From positions 1 to 64,000 of the forward strand of contig CDMY01000467.1 of assembly GCA_001179505.1 (NCBI GenBank): a stretch of DNA of 64,000 nucleotides. Direction: 5' to 3'. Of the stretch, positions 40,252-52,738 are shown piece by piece. Source of the DNA: Vitrella brassicaformis CCMP3155 (Eukaryota > Protista > Chromerida). Position numbers and translations under genes: made by a program. Numbering within the stretch: the first letter of the stretch is position 1; every line of letters starts with the position of its first letter. The notes under the pieces are model-generated. The model had not been told where the DNA came from, ran no database searches, and saw only the letters and a list, made by a program, of their open reading frames with translations.

Positions 40252-40554
40252 CTACCAGGTAGCTTTGAAAAGACCCGGTATCAAGGATTGATGTCCCAGT
40301 TCTCGCAACTGGTGTCGTGAGAGGCCTGTCAAACGATTATACGATTTAGACGTGCCTGTAACACCACAGCGGTTAGACTGACGGACGGCACTGCTGTCCC
40401 GCGGCAAAGTATCGAAAGCCGTTAGGACTTCCAGCTGTTGAGAAAAACTGCACACTCTCGTCCGAGCGTTCAAGAGGTAGTTTCGCCTTTTGTTAAATGT
40501 GTCACGCGCGTTTTGTTTTTTTAATTCTCTTTGTCTCACGGATATTTTTGGCAT
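40252..40554 (-). CDS. rps14: 30S ribosomal protein S14
   Basis: LPRDSSAVRQSNRCGVTG...GLSRHQLRE...IPGLFKATW. Confidence 0.95.
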   Translation of the reverse strand: MPKISVRQRELKKQNARDTFNKRRNYLLNARTRVCSFSQQLEVLTAFDTLPRDSSAVRQSNRCGVTGTSKSYNRLTGLSRHQLRELGHQSLIPGLFKATW

Positions 40555-40599
40555 TTGAACATGCTAAATAACATGAGGTTCTTCCCGCCAAATGTCGAA

Positions 40600-42198
40600 T
40601 TATCGACTCAACTCTGTTGTTTCGTCACCAAGTTTTTGGAAAGCTCCAAACTCCACTTGTTTCACCACATCCGCTCCAATACCAGTTAAAACATCTCGGA
40701 ATAGTGTACGGCCGCCATGCCACAAATGTCCAAAATAGAACAATAAAGCCAGGTTCAGGTGCCCGAACGTGTACCACCCTCTAGGGCTGCTTCTAAACAC
40801 CCCGTCAGACTGTAAGGTCACGCGGTCAAACTGGAACATCTCTCCTAATTGAGCTTTACGTGCGAACTTTTTGACCGTTGTCGGATCATCAAATTTCTGT
40901 CCGTTTAGTTTTCCGCCTAAAAACTGCACCGAAACTCCTACTTGTTCGATACTGTACTTCGACTCAGCTCGTCTGAAGGGAATGTCAGCCTGGACTACAC
41001 CATCCTTGTCTACTAGGATGACTGGGAAGGTTTCAAAAAACGAAGGCATTCTTCTAACAGTAAGTTCATTGCCGTCTTTAGTACGGAAAATTGGGTGACC
41101 TAGCCAGGCTTGAGCGATTCCATCGCCCTTGTTCATAGGGCCTGCTCTAAACAGACCGCCCTTGGCTGGGTTATTTCCTACATAATCGTAAAAAGCCAGT
41201 TTGTCTGGGACCAACGACCACGCCTCCGTCAAAGAATAGCCTCTGCGAAGATTATTTTCAACTTGTCGTTCCACCTCTTGTTGGAAATAACCACTATCCC
41301 ATTGGTAACGGGTAGGGCCGAACAGGTCAACTGGCGTTGTCGCGCTACCATACCACATAGTTCCCGATGTGACGAAGGCCGCAAAGAATACGGCCGCTAT
41401 ACTGCTCGAAAGCACGGTCTCGATGTTTCCCATTCGTAGAAGTTTGAACAAACGTTCTGAAGGGCGCACGGACAGGTGGAATACCGAAGCAATGATCCCT
41501 AAAATTCCGGCGGCGATATGATGAGCAGCTACCCCACCCGGATTGAATGGGTTAAACCCATCGGGACCCCACTCCGGTTGGACAGGTTTTACAGCAGCGG
41601 ATAGACCGTACGCGTCGGACACCCAAATGCCCGGCCCAAAAAGACCCGCAACATGGAACCCACCAAATCCTAGACAAAGGAAACTTGCCAGTGCTAGATG
41701 GATACCAAAGACAAGAGGCAAGTCCAGCACTAACTGATTACTCTCGGGATCTCTGAAAATGTCTAGATCCCAAAAGGTCCAGTGCCATATGGCAGCCAAG
41801 AACAATAGGCCAGATAAAATGATATGAGACACTGCTACGCCTTCCACACTCCATATGCCGGGTCCTCGAGACACTAAGAATTGGAAAATTTGGTCGACGA
41901 CGCCAGTGGATTCATCCACAGCATAAATTGGAACGGCCTCGAGGTCCGTGTCCCCAAGTAAGCTCCATCCGTTCCAAGATTCTGTGACACCAAGTCTAGC
42001 CATAAAGGGTAACACAAACATTCCTTGTCGCCACATAGGATTAAGTACCGGGTCTGAAGGATCAAACACAGAGAGTTCGTAAAGTGCCATGGAACCAGCC
42101 CAACCCGCCACTAAAGCTGTATGCATGATGTGCACAGCGATTAAACGGCCCGGGTCGTTTAAGACAACAGTATGTACTCTATACCAGGGTAATGCCAT
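40600..42198 (-). CDS. psbB: Photosystem II CP47
   Basis: [48 protein letters not shown]. Confidence 0.98.
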   Translation of the reverse strand: MALPWYRVHTVVLNDPGRLIAVHIMHTALVAGWAGSMALYELSVFDPSDPVLNPMWRQGMFVLPFMARLGVTESWNGWSLLGDTDLEAVPIYAVDESTGVVDQIFQFLVSRGPGIWSVEGVAVSHIILSGLLFLAAIWHWTFWDLDIFRDPESNQLVLDLPLVFGIHLALASFLCLGFGGFHVAGLFGPGIWVSDAYGLSAAVKPVQPEWGPDGFNPFNPGGVAAHHIAAGILGIIASVFHLSVRPSERLFKLLRMGNIETVLSSSIAAVFFAAFVTSGTMWYGSATTPVDLFGPTRYQWDSGYFQQEVERQVENNLRRGYSLTEAWSLVPDKLAFYDYVGNNPAKGGLFRAGPMNKGDGIAQAWLGHPIFRTKDGNELTVRRMPSFFETFPVILVDKDGVVQADIPFRRAESKYSIEQVGVSVQFLGGKLNGQKFDDPTTVKKFARKAQLGEMFQFDRVTLQSDGVFRSSPRGWYTFGHLNLALLFYFGHLWHGGRTLFRDVLTGIGADVVKQVEFGAFQKLGDETTELSR

Positions 42199-42249
42199 AG
42201 TTTTGAGGGGAGTTAAGTGAAGCGGCATGAATACTGAAAAATCAATAAT

Positions 42250-43314
42250 TTAAGCATAACGAGCGCTGAAAGGCGTGCGCTTGCGGTGGCGTGGCTTTAA
42301 AAGGAATAGGCGCACAAACTGCCAAGCTATGTTGCATTGAAGAAAAGTCTTGTAAACACTTGCAGAAACAACTGGGGATGGCAGGATACTAGGAGGACTG
42401 ACTTTACCTGCCTCAATATCCATGAGTTTTTGATAATAGCTCGAGCACCTCTCCAAATGCTCGATAAAAAAAGGATTGTACAGATTTAAGGAAATGGGAA
42501 ATATCTTGGATGCTGTGTAGTTAGTTCGCTCCATGACATGAAGATCAAACGAAGCTGTGTTTAGGCCCAGCGCTTCATAGAAACCGGATCGCTGAGCGTC
42601 GTTTAAATACATGGTTACAAAAACTGACAGCAAGAAAAACCGCGACCATAGGCGCGCTAAAGGCCCTGACAACAGGTGGGGCTGCGCTCTTAGCACCGCC
42701 GCGAAAAAATCCCCGTGCCTATTTTCATCTTGGCACCAACCTTCAAAATATCTAAAAATAGGATAGATTCGATAGTGGGGATTAGCTTGCAAGTGCCTAT
42801 ATATAGTTATGTAGCGCCAATATCCAATTTTCTCAGATAAGTAAGTTGCATACAAGATAAACCGAGGGGAAAAATATGTGTACTTCCTTGCCTTGGTTAA
42901 AAAGCCTAAGTCCAAAACCACATTAAAGTCTCCCAAGCATTTGTTTAAGAACCCTGCGTGGCGCGCTTCGTCTCGAGCCAATAAGGCAAAGCCTTCTGCG
43001 AGCAACGAGTTTTTTGATTCCAATTTCCTGGACAGTTCCTTGTAGAGTAGAAATCCAGAAAACTCTGCTGTGCAAGAACGTTCAAGAAATTCCACCATAA
43101 GCTGCTTGGTCTCCTCGGGCATGGTTGACCAGGACTGTTTGAATTCATTATCTCGTATAAAATGAAAACGGTTGTAGTCGCCCCGCAACTCTTTGAGAAT
43201 ACTTTCAATTTCTAACAAGTTTCTGTTCACTTGGTAGTTAGCCATCGAATCAAAGTCTGTCGTGTAAAAGCGTGGAGTTAGCAGTGTTTCTTTAATGGCG
43301 GTCTGTTGCTTCAT
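42250..43314 (-). CDS. acsF: Mg-protoporphyrin IX monomethyl ester oxidative cyclase (Ycf59)
   Basis: [47 protein letters not shown] (di-iron motifs). Confidence 0.97.
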   Translation of the reverse strand: MKQQTAIKETLLTPRFYTTDFDSMANYQVNRNLLEIESILKELRGDYNRFHFIRDNEFKQSWSTMPEETKQLMVEFLERSCTAEFSGFLLYKELSRKLESKNSLLAEGFALLARDEARHAGFLNKCLGDFNVVLDLGFLTKARKYTYFSPRFILYATYLSEKIGYWRYITIYRHLQANPHYRIYPIFRYFEGWCQDENRHGDFFAAVLRAQPHLLSGPLARLWSRFFLLSVFVTMYLNDAQRSGFYEALGLNTASFDLHVMERTNYTASKIFPISLNLYNPFFIEHLERCSSYYQKLMDIEAGKVSPPSILPSPVVSASVYKTFLQCNIAWQFVRLFLLKPRHRKRTPFSARYA

Positions 43315-43411
43315 AAAATTTATCTAGTCCTGTAGGTTACTCTTCGTTGCCCTTGACTCACTCTGCAGCTTGGAACTGTACAAATTTGGAAGCCAGGCCA
43401 GCTGTTTGCGT

Positions 43412-43519
43412 TTAGGTGTTGTAAGGGTTGCGTGATGGATCAGAGGATAGTAGACCAAAAACAAATAAAGATATAAAGAAACTGATGGTTGCATACACCA
43501 CTAGCTTTAAAGCTGCCAT
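43412..43519 (-). CDS. psbI: Photosystem II protein I
   Basis: Hand translation [35 protein letters not shown]. Confidence 0.95.
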   Translation of the reverse strand: MAALKLVVYATISFFISLFVFGLLSSDPSRNPYNT

Positions 43520-43596
43520 AAGTAGCAAAGGTCTTGTCTCATGAGCTTCCCGCCGAGCTGGTAATTAGAAAACTGCTGCTGACAAACTAATTAGTT

Positions 43597-45915
43597 TTAA
43601 GGGCGTTCTGTGGAAGCAATGACGAAGGCAGCGTAAGTGAGTATATACCCTACGGTAAAGTGCGCTAGCCCTACCAGACGCGCCTGAACGATCGATAACG
43701 CCACTGGCTTATCTCTCCAACGAATTAGATTAGCAATAGGGGTGCGCTCGTGCGCCCACACTAGCGTCTCTATTAACTCTTGCCAGTACCCTCGCCATGA
43801 AATCAAAAACATGAAGCCGGTTGCCCACACCAAGTGACCAAATAAGAACATCCATGCCCAGACTGCATTGCTGTTAACCCCAAGAGGGTTGTACCCATTG
43901 ATCAATTTAGATGAATTTAGCCACAAATAGTCTCTGAGCCATCCCATTAAGTAGTTGGACGATTCGTCGAAAAAGGCTGGGTTTCCTTGCCATACTGCTA
44001 AATGCTTCCAATGCCAATAAAAAGTCACCCAACCAATAGTATTTAACATCCAAAACATGGCTAGATAGAACGCATCCCATGCGGAAATGTCACAGGTACC
44101 TCCTCGTCCGGGCCCATCACACGGAAAACTATAGCCAAACTGATTCTTGTCAGGCATAAGTTTGGAACCCCGAGCATCTAATGCCCCTTTGACCAAAATT
44201 AAAGTCGTCGTATGGAGTCCTAATGCGATAGCATGATGCACTAAAAAATCACCAGGCCCTATCTCTAAGAATATGGAATTGGCGTTGCTGTTAACTTGTT
44301 TTAGCCAGCCATCTATCCAAGGAGCGCTAGAAATAGGAGTTAAAAGGCTGTCCCCGGCTGCAAGAGTAGGGTCTGACAACCACCACTGCAAATTATATAC
44401 TAACTTTCCAGAAGACGCCTGAATAAGTTGGGCAAATACAGGCTCTACAAGAATCTGCTTTTCCGCTTGGCCGAAAGCTACCACAACATCATTGTGAACA
44501 TACAGTCCCAGTGTGTGGAATCCCAAGAATAAAGAGACCCAACTCAAGTGAGAGATAATTGTCTCCTTATGAGCTAAGACGCGAGCAAGCACATTCCCCC
44601 GATTGGTTACTGGGTTGTAATCTTGAACTAAGAAAATGGCTCCATGCGCAAAAGCACCTACCATCAAAAATCCTGCAATATACTGATGATGCGTGTAGAG
44701 AGCTGATTGGGTCACTAAGTCCTTGTCCAAAAACGCGTAAGCTGGAAGAGCATAAATATGTTGGGCTGCTAGGGAAGTAGCTACTCCCAGGGCGGCCAAA
44801 GCAAAGCAGAGCTGCAAGTGAAGCGAATCAGTAATAGTTTCAAATAACCCCTTATGACCTTCTCCCAGCATTCCACTTGGGGGGACATGAGCTTCTAAAA
44901 TGGCCTTTAAACTATGCCCTTTTTGCCAGTTAGTGCGATACATGTGCCCGGCAACCACTAGCACGACTCCTAAAGCTAAGTGGTGGTGAGCTATGTCGCT
45001 TAACCACAAAGACTGAGTGTATGGGTCAAAGCCTCCCAAGAAGGTTAGGATGGCAGTGCCCGAGCCGATATCGCTGTTGAATATGTGGCCAGGGGCGTCT
45101 GGATTTAGAGCATATTGTGTCCAGGACAGGCCAAAGTTTCCCGGTACCGGTACAACACCACCACCACCATTAAAGCCAAAGACTTTAAATAAGGGACCTA
45201 AACCATCTGGGTGGGGCGGTGTAAATAAGAAATTGTCCCATCCTACGTGTTGACCACGAGATTCGGGAAGAGCCACATGTACTAGATGTCCGGCCCAGGC
45301 AATCGAACTAAAGCCGAATAGCCCTGCAATATGATGGTTAAGACGAGATTCATTATTTTCGAAAAAGCTTTGGGGCGGCCTAAACTTAGGCTGAAGCTTC
45401 AAGGTTCCTGCAAAAAGCATTAGTCCCGCCAATAACACTAAGCCTAATGCAGAGGCATACAGGTCTGTATCCGTACGTAGCCCAATCGTGTACCACCAGT
45501 TGTACACTCCCGAATAAGAAATGTTTACCGGATACGGAGCCCCCTGTGGAGTAAACGCTTTAGTAGCTGCCTCGCCAAAGTGGGGATCCCAAATACGATG
45601 AGCAATAGGGCGAGTGTTGGTGGGGTCAGCGACCCACGCCTCAAAATTACCCTGCCAAGCCACATGAAATAGGTTGCCTGAGGTCCACAAGAAAATTACT
45701 GCCAAGTGTCCAAAGTGCGAAGCGAAAATGGCTTGGTAAGTCTTTTCTTTTGTGGCCCCATCGTAAGACTCTAAGTCGTGAACTGTGGCAAGACCGTACC
45801 ATAATCGTCGTGTGGTAGGGTCTTTCGCTAGGCCCTCGCTAAAAGCAGGCCAACGTACGGATCTGGATGGAGAGAAAGAGGCAGTGTATGATGGTGTGGC
45901 CCTCTGCGCTACCAT
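43597..45915 (-). CDS. psaB: Photosystem I P700 apoprotein A2
   Basis: [37 protein letters not shown]. Confidence 0.98.
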   Translation of the reverse strand: MVAQRATPSYTASFSPSRSVRWPAFSEGLAKDPTTRRLWYGLATVHDLESYDGATKEKTYQAIFASHFGHLAVIFLWTSGNLFHVAWQGNFEAWVADPTNTRPIAHRIWDPHFGEAATKAFTPQGAPYPVNISYSGVYNWWYTIGLRTDTDLYASALGLVLLAGLMLFAGTLKLQPKFRPPQSFFENNESRLNHHIAGLFGFSSIAWAGHLVHVALPESRGQHVGWDNFLFTPPHPDGLGPLFKVFGFNGGGGVVPVPGNFGLSWTQYALNPDAPGHIFNSDIGSGTAILTFLGGFDPYTQSLWLSDIAHHHLALGVVLVVAGHMYRTNWQKGHSLKAILEAHVPPSGMLGEGHKGLFETITDSLHLQLCFALAALGVATSLAAQHIYALPAYAFLDKDLVTQSALYTHHQYIAGFLMVGAFAHGAIFLVQDYNPVTNRGNVLARVLAHKETIISHLSWVSLFLGFHTLGLYVHNDVVVAFGQAEKQILVEPVFAQLIQASSGKLVYNLQWWLSDPTLAAGDSLLTPISSAPWIDGWLKQVNSNANSIFLEIGPGDFLVHHAIALGLHTTTLILVKGALDARGSKLMPDKNQFGYSFPCDGPGRGGTCDISAWDAFYLAMFWMLNTIGWVTFYWHWKHLAVWQGNPAFFDESSNYLMGWLRDYLWLNSSKLINGYNPLGVNSNAVWAWMFLFGHLVWATGFMFLISWRGYWQELIETLVWAHERTPIANLIRWRDKPVALSIVQARLVGLAHFTVGYILTYAAFVIASTERP

Positions 45916-46009
45916 TAAAAAGTTAAACTAACCCAAATCTGATCTTCACGCCCTGCTCAACAATGGTTATGTTTTTTCCAGACCGTTTGCAAAATATACT
46001 CGTCTAAGC

Positions 46010-48256
46010 TTAAAGCGACACAGACCTAGCTAAAAAGAAGGCCCAGGTGGTGCCAATACCACCCAGTAGATAATGAGCTAGTCCCACAGCTCGTCCTTGA
46101 GTGATACTAAGAGCTCGAGGTTGAATCACTGGCATAACACTGACTTTTTCGTGCGCCCATACAATGGATTCTATGAGCTCTTGCCAGTAGCCCCGACCAC
46201 TGAACAAGAACATCAAACTAAACGCCCAAACGAAATGAGCCCCTAAGAAAATCAATCCGTATGCAGAGCTCGCACTTCCATAAGACTGTACAACTTGAGC
46301 AGCCTGAGCCCATAAAAAGTCTCTTAGCCAGCCGTTGATAGTTATGGCACTCTGGGCAAAATTCCCTCCAGTAACATGAGAAACGACCCCGTCAGACGAT
46401 ACAGATCCCCACACATCAGATTGCATTTTCCAGAAGAAGTGGAAAATAACGATAGAGAGAGAATTATACATCCAAAAAGAACCTAAGAATACATGGTCCC
46501 AGCTGGAAACTTGACAAGTTCCCCCGCGCCCTGGCCCATCGCAAGGAAAGCGGAACCCCAAGCGAGCTTTATCAGGGATGAGTTTAGAGCTGCGAGCGTA
46601 CAAGACTCCTTTCAGTAGAATAAGTGCGGTCACATGAATTGTGAAGGCATGGATATGGTGGACCAAGAAATCGGCTGTGCCTAGTGTCATTGGCATGACA
46701 GCCACTTTTCCGGCCAAGGCAATTGTTTCTCCTCCAAAGATATAGCTAGGAGTTGACAGGGTGTTAGGAGCTGTGGCACTAGCCGCACTACTGTGCAAAT
46801 GCTGAACCCACTGTGCAAAAATAGGCTGAAGTGAGATAGCTGAGTCAGAAAACATGTCTCTAGAACGACCGAGCGCACGCATTGTATCGTTGTGAATATA
46901 TAAGCCAAAACTATGAAAGCCCAGGAAAATACATACCCAGTTTAAATGAGAAATAATGGTATCACGGTGCTTAAGCACACGATCCAACACGTTGTCATAG
47001 TTTTCAATAGAAATTGGATTAAAGTCGCGAATCAAGCAGATAGCAGCATGCGCCCCAGCACCAACTATACAGAAACCGCCAATCCAGACATGATGAGTAA
47101 ATAAAGAAAGCTGTGTGGCATAGTCTACCGCAATGTAAGGGTAAGGAGGCATAGCATACATATGGTGAGCCACAATTATGCTTAAAGACCCCAGCATAGC
47201 CAAATTAATCGCCAGTTGAGCGTGCCAAGACGTTGTCAACAGTTCGTACAGACCAGCGTGGCCTTTACCTGTTAATGGTCCCTTGTGGGCTTCTAGAATA
47301 TCCTTAATTTTGTGGCCGATTCCCCAACTGGTTTTATACATATGGCCGGCTACAATAAACAGAACCGCCAGGGCCAAGTGGTGATGAGCACAATCAGTTA
47401 GCCACAAAGCTCCTGTAGTTGGGTTTAGCCCTCCTTTAAAGGTTAAAAAATCAGCGTAGTCGCCCCACTGCAGGGTGAAGAACGGTAGCAGCCCTTTCTC
47501 AAAGCTAGGATAGAGCTGAGCCATCAGTGATCTATTAGTAATGAACTCGAAAGGATAGGGCAATTCTTTTCCAGTAAACCCTAGATCTAAGAGCATGTTG
47601 ATAGGTGCAGCAACATGAATTTGATGACCCGCCCAAGAAAGGCAGCCAAGTCCTAACAATCCGGCTAAATGGTGGTTTAACATTGACTCCACGTTCTGAA
47701 ACCAGCTTAAGCGAGGCGCAGAAATGTGGAAGTGGTACCATCCTGCTAGCACCATCAAAGCTGCCATATGAGCGGCTCCGAAAGATGTGAAGTAGAGCTC
47801 AAATTCATTAGTAATCCCTTCTGAGCGCCAGAGCTGAAAAAAGCCCGAGGTGATCTGGAGCCCAGTAGTATTACCTCCAAGGTCGGCATTCAAAATGTCT
47901 TGGCCCACTGAAGGCCAAACTACTTGCGCACTAGGCTTCACGCGAAGAGGATCGGCCATCCAGGCGCTGTAGTTAGAAAAATAAGCTCCATGAAAGTGCA
48001 TCCCACTCAACCACAAGAAAATGACTGCTAGTTGGCCGAAATGGGCTCCGAACACCTTGCGTGACACTTCTTCCAGATCACCAAATTGTGTGTCAAAGTC
48101 ATGTGCATCGGCGTGGAGATTCCAAATCCACGTGGTGGATTTGGGTCCCTTGGACAGGGTTCGAGAAAAATGTCCGGGTTGGGCCCAACGATCCAGAGTG
48201 GCTGGTGTGTGACGTTCAGTAAGAGACTTCATGTCTGGGAGTGGTGATTGACCCAT
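46010..48256 (-). CDS. psaA: Photosystem I P700 apoprotein A1
   Basis: [41 protein letters not shown]. Confidence 0.98.
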   Translation of the reverse strand: MGQSPLPDMKSLTERHTPATLDRWAQPGHFSRTLSKGPKSTTWIWNLHADAHDFDTQFGDLEEVSRKVFGAHFGQLAVIFLWLSGMHFHGAYFSNYSAWMADPLRVKPSAQVVWPSVGQDILNADLGGNTTGLQITSGFFQLWRSEGITNEFELYFTSFGAAHMAALMVLAGWYHFHISAPRLSWFQNVESMLNHHLAGLLGLGCLSWAGHQIHVAAPINMLLDLGFTGKELPYPFEFITNRSLMAQLYPSFEKGLLPFFTLQWGDYADFLTFKGGLNPTTGALWLTDCAHHHLALAVLFIVAGHMYKTSWGIGHKIKDILEAHKGPLTGKGHAGLYELLTTSWHAQLAINLAMLGSLSIIVAHHMYAMPPYPYIAVDYATQLSLFTHHVWIGGFCIVGAGAHAAICLIRDFNPISIENYDNVLDRVLKHRDTIISHLNWVCIFLGFHSFGLYIHNDTMRALGRSRDMFSDSAISLQPIFAQWVQHLHSSAASATAPNTLSTPSYIFGGETIALAGKVAVMPMTLGTADFLVHHIHAFTIHVTALILLKGVLYARSSKLIPDKARLGFRFPCDGPGRGGTCQVSSWDHVFLGSFWMYNSLSIVIFHFFWKMQSDVWGSVSSDGVVSHVTGGNFAQSAITINGWLRDFLWAQAAQVVQSYGSASSAYGLIFLGAHFVWAFSLMFLFSGRGYWQELIESIVWAHEKVSVMPVIQPRALSITQGRAVGLAHYLLGGIGTTWAFFLARSVSL

Positions 48257-48293
48257 GACCTAAAGAGTGCACTGCTTTCTAGAGAGACATTGT

Positions 48294-48321
48294 ATAGTAT
48301 GCTCGGTTGCTTCCAGGTCAA
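48294..48321 (-). promoter_or_regulatory. Putative sigma70-type promoter for the psaA-headed cluster
   Basis: Minus strand TTGACC (48321-48316), 16-nt spacer, TACTAT (48299-48294), about 38 nt before the psaA start. Confidence 0.4.
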
Positions 48322-48495
48322 GACACAGCACCGCAAACATGTTAAGTATTTTTTACTCTATTTTTAGTCTAGCCAAAGATAGGGCAGGGGGATCACTGGC
48401 AAAAGCGTTCTGTCTTCCATATCGCTAATCTCATGGGTACAAAAAGTTAAGAGTGTAAGCGCTTAAAGCATATATCCTAGTATATCGATTATATA

Positions 48496-48568
48496 GCTCC
48501 CATCGTCTAGAGGCCTAGGACGTCTCTCTTTCACGGAGACAACAGGGGTTCGAACCCCCTTGGGAGCG
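48496..48568 (+). tRNA. trnE: tRNA-Glu(UUC)
   Basis: GCTCCCA...TGGGAGC G; loop CT TTC AC. Confidence 0.93.
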
Positions 48569-48596
48569 GTTATTTTTTTGCATTTCCTGATGAGGC

Positions 48597-48670
48597 CGGG
48601 GCGTAGCGCAGTTTGGTAGCGTATCTGCTTTGGGAGCAGAGGGTCACAGGTTCAAATCCTGTCGCTCCGA
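48597..48670 (+). tRNA. trnP: tRNA-Pro(UGG)
   Basis: CGGGGCG...CGCTCCG A; loop TT TGG GA. Confidence 0.95.
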
Positions 48671-48692
48671 TTAAGGTGTTACGGTTGGTCTG

Positions 48693-49433
48693 GTGTCTTC
48701 AAATATTATGCTGAGTAACCATATGTCTGCAGAAAAAGCCATTAGGAAACGAAAGCCCGCAAGTGTCTGGCAGATGAATTATTGTCAAAAATACCGATTT
48801 CCTCGAGGCACCATGATTTATTTCAAAATCTTATCTTCTGGCGGACGTGTGGAAACGAGCATGGTTAGGAAAGCTTTAAGCCAAGAAATTTCTCCCGCAG
48901 GGCAGCCCGGGCATACGTTAGGGCGATCGAGTATTTCTGGGTCCAAACGCAAGCTATGGCGGCAAAAAGGAACCGGAAGGGCCCGAGCCGGGTCCAAGAC
49001 AGGCCCTCTCTGGAAGGGAGGAGGAGTAGTGTTTGGGCCACGAGGTGAACGGACTTCCGGTACTCAAAAGCGTAATAAAAAGTTGTGGAAAGCCGCTTTA
49101 AACTACGTTCTCTATGATAAGCTCAAGCATGAGAACTTAGTGTTGATGCTTGCTCCTTGGGCTTGGGAGATTAACCCTAACCCTTTGCCTTCACGGAAAG
49201 TTTTACTAAAAGGTCTAAGACATATATTACAAGACAAAAGCTGGCTTTTTGTCGTCCCCAATGGAACTTGTTTAGATACCTATCGGAGAGCCTTTTTTGA
49301 AGACGACATGAAAGTAACTGTACGTTCTCGGTCTACTGTAAAATGTATAGACATCCTACGTGCAGAAAAAGTTGCATTAATAGTTGGCCCTCAACATTAT
49401 TTAAATGCCCTAAAGCTAAGAGGTAGTGTTTAG
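48693..49433 (+). CDS. rpl4: 50S ribosomal protein L4 (start uncertain)
   Basis: [16 protein letters not shown]...[12 protein letters not shown]. Confidence 0.93.
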   Translation: MSSNIMLSNHMSAEKAIRKRKPASVWQMNYCQKYRFPRGTMIYFKILSSGGRVETSMVRKALSQEISPAGQPGHTLGRSSISGSKRKLWRQKGTGRARAGSKTGPLWKGGGVVFGPRGERTSGTQKRNKKLWKAALNYVLYDKLKHENLVLMLAPWAWEINPNPLPSRKVLLKGLRHILQDKSWLFVVPNGTCLDTYRRAFFEDDMKVTVRSRSTVKCIDILRAEKVALIVGPQHYLNALKLRGSV

Positions 49434-49468
49434 ATTACAAGGCAAGCAAAACACTAAAAGCTAGCCCA

Positions 49469-49780
49469 ATGGTACATGACATCTATGTGACGTCTTTTCT
49501 CGAATCATTCAAGGGACTGAAGCTAACCTCTAAGTCGGTAATGCTAGCCACCAAAAATAGCTACACCTTCACTGTCGATCGCCACTTGGACAAACCTTTA
49601 ATAAAAGCTGTGTTGGAGTTTCTCATGGACACACCTGTGGAAAGCGTACAAACACGTTCACTGCTAAAAACTCAGCGCACGCGTGGTAATACCAGAAAGA
49701 TGGCTGCTAGAAGCAAACTAAAGATAGTTCAGGTGACATTTAAGAATAAGACGCGCTTAAAAGAGTGGGTATCATACTAG
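49469..49780 (+). CDS. rpl23: 50S ribosomal protein L23
   Basis: LTSKS...NSYTFTVD...KPLIKAVLE...VESVQT; position between rpl4 and rpl2. Confidence 0.8.
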   Translation: MVHDIYVTSFLESFKGLKLTSKSVMLATKNSYTFTVDRHLDKPLIKAVLEFLMDTPVESVQTRSLLKTQRTRGNTRKMAARSKLKIVQVTFKNKTRLKEWVSY

Positions 49781-49857
49781 GCCCTGCATCGGATCAGCTT
49801 TTTTGTGTTCAGTAGTGTTAACAGACAATTCGTTACTAATATTATTTATTACAGAAG

Positions 49858-50703
49858 ATGCGTTCTCACAAAGCAACTACTCCTTCTAAACGCCACTTAA
49901 AAAGCATCAAAATGGGATTCCTTAGCCCTGGAAAAACAGAGAAAGCTTTAATCCTTCCCAAAGTCTCAAAGCAGGGACGCTCTAATTCAGGTCGCATAAC
50001 CTCTAGGTTCCGTGGAGGCAGGGGCAAACTGCTGTGCAGGAACATCGACTTTTGGTTCGCCAAGCGTGGCACGTTAGCTACTCGCGGAGCCGTTGTCGAG
50101 TTAGAGTATGACCCCGCCCGAACAGCTTATTTAGCTGTCATTTTGTTTTTAGACGGCAAACTTTCCACCGAGAGGCGTTACATGATTCCAACGGACAACC
50201 TTCAGGTTGGGGATGTAGTCGAAATCGGGGACAGCGCAAGCCTCAAGCCTGGTAACATCTTACCCCTATGGAAAATCTCCCCGGGGTCAGAAATTTGCTG
50301 CATCGAGCTCATGCCCGGAAGAGGCGCTCAGTTGGTTCGAGCTGCCGGGACGAAGGCTCAACTGCTTTTGGTAGATGAAAAACATGCGGCTATCCGACTT
50401 CCCTCACAGGAAGTGCGGTTAGTCCCTAAGGAGTGCTACGCAGTTATAGGCTGTATTAACACACCCTCGCACAATAAAACAACTAAGGGTAAAGCGGGGC
50501 GTAACCGCTGGCTGGGTCGAAGACCCAGAGTTCGAGGCTCAGCTATGAATCCGACCGATCACCCACATGGAGGTGGAGAAGGGCGGTGTCCGGTTGGTCG
50601 AAAGGTCCCTTCGACGCCATGGGGTAAATCAGCTTTCGGAGGGAGAACTCGAAAAACTAGCCGGCCTGCTAGTAAACTCATTTTAAAACCGCGTTATCGA
50701 TAA
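49858..50703 (+). CDS. rpl2: 50S ribosomal protein L2
   Basis: GRSNSGRIT, EYDPARTA, RPRVRGSAMNPTDHPHGGGEG. Confidence 0.98.
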   Translation: MRSHKATTPSKRHLKSIKMGFLSPGKTEKALILPKVSKQGRSNSGRITSRFRGGRGKLLCRNIDFWFAKRGTLATRGAVVELEYDPARTAYLAVILFLDGKLSTERRYMIPTDNLQVGDVVEIGDSASLKPGNILPLWKISPGSEICCIELMPGRGAQLVRAAGTKAQLLLVDEKHAAIRLPSQEVRLVPKECYAVIGCINTPSHNKTTKGKAGRNRWLGRRPRVRGSAMNPTDHPHGGGEGRCPVGRKVPSTPWGKSAFGGRTRKTSRPASKLILKPRYR

Positions 50704-50757
50704 ACGCCTTGACCGGTATCCACATAATCATGAGGTTAAAACCATCACAGATGTATC

Positions 50758-51039
50758 ATGGCCAGATCACGTTGGAAAGCCACTCATTTAAGTTTGGGTT
50801 CGATACGAACTCTAGCGCACCTGCAATTCAGCAGAAAAAAGCAGAGCTCAGTATTAGTGTGGTCCAGACAGGCAATTGTTACTCCCGGGATGCTGGGCTT
50901 AACCATTGAGGTGCACGATGGACAGAAGCATGTTCCAGTCTATATAACGGACAATAAAGTCGGATATAGACTGGGTCAATTTGTGCCTACAAGAACGTTT
51001 CGCTCTCATCTGAAAAAAGACAAACGCGGGAAGCGTTAA
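50758..51039 (+). CDS. rps19: 30S ribosomal protein S19
   Basis: VWSRQA.VTP.M.GLTI.VHDG..HVPVYIT...VGYRLGQFVPTR. Confidence 0.95.
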   Translation: MARSRWKATHLSLGSIRTLAHLQFSRKKQSSVLVWSRQAIVTPGMLGLTIEVHDGQKHVPVYITDNKVGYRLGQFVPTRTFRSHLKKDKRGKR

Positions 51040-51106
51040 TAGTTAATACCAACAGTTTTGCTCTGTGTAGTGTTCGATGTCCAAGAATCGCCTTGTTGAT
51101 ATAAAC

Positions 51107-51850
51107 ATGGGACAAAAAATTAATCCTGTTGGCCTGAGAGCCAAGCTAGTAAACCGGTCAGGTGGATGGTATGCTCCACTTTCGTCAAAATTTAAACTTA
51201 GCTCCGATTATGCTAACAAACTCCATACAGACTTTGCTCTTCGCCAGGCTGTTCAGTCTTTGGCAACCTCATTGGATTTGGTCCAGGTCAAAGTGTTCTT
51301 AACACAGTCTAACAGACTCATTCTTACGCTGTTTCTTCCTTATCCGGACTATTTATACATGAATTTGAGTCCGCGCGTACACCCCACTATTACTCAGACA
51401 TTCAAGATAAGTCATGCCAGCAATTTGAAAGAGTCCTTAAAGACCTTGCTGGATTGGCCACGAAACCTACAAGTAAGGCTGCGGGCTCGAAAAATCTTTC
51501 TTTCGCAGCCTGTTAGTGTACAGATAAAACTTGTAAAAGCATCTTATCACCGTCCGGATTTTTTAGCTACCGCTATTCAGGCCAGCCTTCAGAAACGCGT
51601 TGCTATTCGCAGAGCCGTCAAGCTGTGGGCTCAGACTGCTTTAAATCAAAAGGTAGGTAGTTTTCGCGTTCAGGGAGTCCGAGTCCGGCTGTCGGGAAGA
51701 TTAAATAACGCCGAAATGGCTAGCAGTGAGCAGTTAAGTTTTGGTAAGGTCTCTTTACATACTATTTCGGCTCCAGTTGACTATTGTTGCCGTCATTACC
51801 GCACTTCGTCTGGTGTTCTGGGGATAAAGGTTTGGGTAGCTCGATACTAA
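51107..51850 (+). CDS. rps3: 30S ribosomal protein S3
   Basis: MGQKINPVGLR, GVRVRLSGRLNNAE, SLHTISAPVDY, GVLGIKVWV. Confidence 0.95.
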   Translation: MGQKINPVGLRAKLVNRSGGWYAPLSSKFKLSSDYANKLHTDFALRQAVQSLATSLDLVQVKVFLTQSNRLILTLFLPYPDYLYMNLSPRVHPTITQTFKISHASNLKESLKTLLDWPRNLQVRLRARKIFLSQPVSVQIKLVKASYHRPDFLATAIQASLQKRVAIRRAVKLWAQTALNQKVGSFRVQGVRVRLSGRLNNAEMASSEQLSFGKVSLHTISAPVDYCCRHYRTSSGVLGIKVWVARY

Positions 51851-51917
51851 AAGAAACAAAATATTTCAGAATTGGCGTAGTGTTTAATGTGGGAAAGCTC
51901 AAAATAAAACTAAGAAA

Positions 51918-52328
51918 ATGCTGCAACCCAAAAACGCGAAGTTTCCAAAACAACAAAGAGGTAGGTTGAGAGGTAAGGCTTCTTCGGGCCAGTTTTTAGA
52001 ATTCGGTGTCTGGGGGCTACAAGCTAGAGAATCGGGGCACCTAACTGCCAAACAAATAGAATCTGCTCGACGAGTAATAGTCAGGAGAACTCGTCGTGTA
52101 GGAAAGCTGTGGATCAGAGTTTTTCCCGACAAGCCTATCACTGCTCGAGTAGCCGAGTCCAGGATGGGCTCAGGAAAAGGCGCGGTGGACCACTGGGCGG
52201 CTGTGGTCAAAAAAAATGACGTCCTGTTTGAGTTGACCGACGTAGGCTTTGATTTGGCCTTGGAAGCGTTTCGTGCTGCGGCATTCAAGTTCGGAATCTC
52301 AACAAAAATTATCTATCGTTCTCTTTGA
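51918..52328 (+). CDS. rpl16: 50S ribosomal protein L16
   Basis: MLQPKNAKFPKQQRGR, LWIRVFPDKPIT, RMGSGKG. Confidence 0.98.
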   Translation: MLQPKNAKFPKQQRGRLRGKASSGQFLEFGVWGLQARESGHLTAKQIESARRVIVRRTRRVGKLWIRVFPDKPITARVAESRMGSGKGAVDHWAAVVKKNDVLFELTDVGFDLALEAFRAAAFKFGISTKIIYRSL

Positions 52329-52417
52329 GGACCCCGATCCTGTGTGAAAACAAAGTATACCGTAGTGTGTTTTGAAATGAGCAACAATTTTACTGTGGGT
52401 ATCATTTCGGCCCAAAC

Positions 52418-52669
52418 ATGGTTAGCGAGTTAGTAGGTTTTGTGACCAGTGTGTCAATGAATAAGACTATTACGGTCCTTATACCGATTAAGGCTAAGGA
52501 CCCAGAATATGAAAACGAAACATTGAGAAGCAAAAGTGTTTTAGTGCATGACGAACGTCAAGAGGCTGAATTAGGGGACTGTGTGTTGGTTGAAGTGACT
52601 CGCCCTCAAAGTCGAAGGAAAAACTGGAAATTAATAAGATTGTTACCCCGAACCTCACTTAAAACATAG
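52418..52669 (+). CDS. rps17: 30S ribosomal protein S17
   Basis: GFVTSVSMNKTITV, VHDE..EAELGDCV, TRPQSRRKNW. Confidence 0.93.
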   Translation: MVSELVGFVTSVSMNKTITVLIPIKAKDPEYENETLRSKSVLVHDERQEAELGDCVLVEVTRPQSRRKNWKLIRLLPRTSLKT

Positions 52670-52738
52670 TAGTGTTTGACGCAACCTCGAGTGGAGTTGA
52701 ATCCAGAACGGTGAAGTTACATAAAAGCTAAGATTGAA

